Part shown: one piece after another, positions 18,489-20,000 of the stretch | Layout: each line of letters starts with the position of its first letter | How positions within the stretch are numbered: position 1 is the stretch's first letter | Assembly: GCA_965178125.1 (NCBI GenBank) | Contig: OZ237736.1 | Coordinates: 1,722,788 to 1,742,787 of the forward strand | DNA: 20,000 nucleotides | Direction: 5' to 3' | DNA from: Bilabrum cf. latius | Lineage: Eukaryota | Translations under genes and position numbers: made by a program | The notes under the pieces: model-generated | Told to the model about the DNA's origin: nothing | What the model saw: only the letters and a program-made list of their open reading frames with translations | Databases searched by the model: none

Positions 18489-20000
18489 CAGTACCATCCT
18501 AGGCCAGGCCCGGGCGCCGCGAAAGTATCATGTTCCGCAAAAAGTATCATGTTCCGCAAAGACGGTGTTGCCGCGCAGTGTCCAAGTGGTCGCAAGATCG
18601 CACTGAGGCAGATCTGGGCCAGTTGCAGATATGCAAGCAGTCGACAAGAGGTGCAAGTGATTAGCAATGCATATTTGGTGTATGATTATGCTTGTCTGCT
18701 TGGTTTACAATGAATCTCGGCCTCGATCTCGGCCTCGGTCTCCTCGGTGGTGCTGCCCGTGGGTGACGAGCACCCAGGGGGCTGCACGGGATGGACGCCC
18801 ACCCGGCGAGTCTGGACCAAACCGCGTCGTGCAAATTGGGTTTGCCAAGGAGGTGTGCCCTGCTGTGTTTCGCCCGCGAGAATAGGGGGTTGTCTCCCCG
18901 TCGGGCAGGTGCTCCATCCAGCTCGCCCGTCCGTGACTGAGACAGCACGGGCCGCGACAAGTGCGCGAGCCCGGGGATCAAGTCAGCGGCCGATGGCAGC
19001 GAGCCGGCATGAAGCGCGTGCACGAGGAGCTTGCGCTTCCCATGCACTGCCTGCCCCACCTCATTGCGGATCTGGGACATCAGGTTCATCGTGTTGCCAC
19101 ACACACCTCCACACTCGACGATCGGATCTACAGAGACACCTGTCCCGGGATGCTGCTCCTCGTCATTGGCCTGCTCCTTCTCGCCCCGGGGGCACGCGCT
19201 GCCTCGAAGCACGCACCCGCGCTCCCGCCCGACTCAAGGACTGAGTGCTGGGAGGGTGCGCGGGCAGCCGCGTGAGAGGATGACGGGCGTGCCGCCGAAG
19301 GCCGAGTCCAGGAGCTGGGGACGGGACGCATCGTTGGGACTGCCCTGAGGAGACCAAAGAATCAACCGCCATCCGTACGGATCCCTATACGGTTGGCCGG
19401 TCTGACTCTCTGCTCGCCCACCGCACAGATCTGCTCAGTTCCATGCAATGTTTGCCAGAAGCGGCGAGAGGGTCTCATCAGCACAGGTGGGTCCTAAAGG
19501 CTGCCTGCAATGCATAGAAAAAGAATATATCGATTGAAACTAATTAATAGCCCCTCGATGCATGGCAACATACCCGAGTGCTGCCATGAAAACCGGACAA
19601 CGCACAAGCACGTTAGCAGACCAGCGATGATCCCATACAGATGCCAGAACCTAACAGAAACACCAACAATCAATTTGAATGAATACAATAGAATCAAAAT
19701 ACCTGGCGGTTGTTGTACTCGGGCTATGCGGTACCTAGCTGTTCTGTCTGCAAACGCCATGGCGCGCCCCAATGAGGCGAGACCAAAAGCAGACCCACAG
19801 CAGCATGTCACCTTGAACATACAACGACATATGGCAGTAAGTGGTAATTAACATGAATCCCAACAGGCCTCAGTACAGTTGAGCCGGTATGTGGCGCTGA
19901 GAGGTGTGGTTGCGCCAGAATCCGCAAACGGTCGTGAACAGCGGAACCAGCATGCGCGGCGCCGAGGACGTCCAGCAGGGCAAGCCTGTAGCAGGGTGTG
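18489..20000 (-). mobile_element. Telomere-associated element, copy 3 (runs off the window)
   Basis: Same junction GGGTTA|CAGTACC; matches 4981 to ~6480 apart from a 12-bp duplication at 18714-18737. Confidence 0.92.

Overview
Eukaryotic chromosome-end region with (TTAGGG)n telomeric repeats, from an organism that appears to read TAG as a sense codon (most likely Gln) while TAA and TGA remain stops. The standard-code ORF track is therefore fragmented. With TAG read through, 2..4231 (+) is one intronless, 5'-partial gene fusing an LKB1/CAMKK-type Ser/Thr kinase to a PP2C phosphatase. It is followed by a short inverted telomeric tract, a 55-bp C-rich satellite and a telomeric array. Distal to this lie three head-to-tail copies of one element, separated by telomeric arrays and all starting at the identical junction ...GGGTTA|CAGTACCATCC: a ~9.9 kb copy, a 2.7 kb copy truncated at a GGTTA microhomology, and a copy running off the window. 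The long copy carries two divergent TAG-containing genes (~2,200 aa on -, ~315 aa on +). I recognise no reverse transcriptase, endonuclease, helicase or transposase motif in either. The architecture resembles telomere-attached elements (Athena/Terminon-type retroelements or yeast Y'-like units) carrying cargo I cannot identify.
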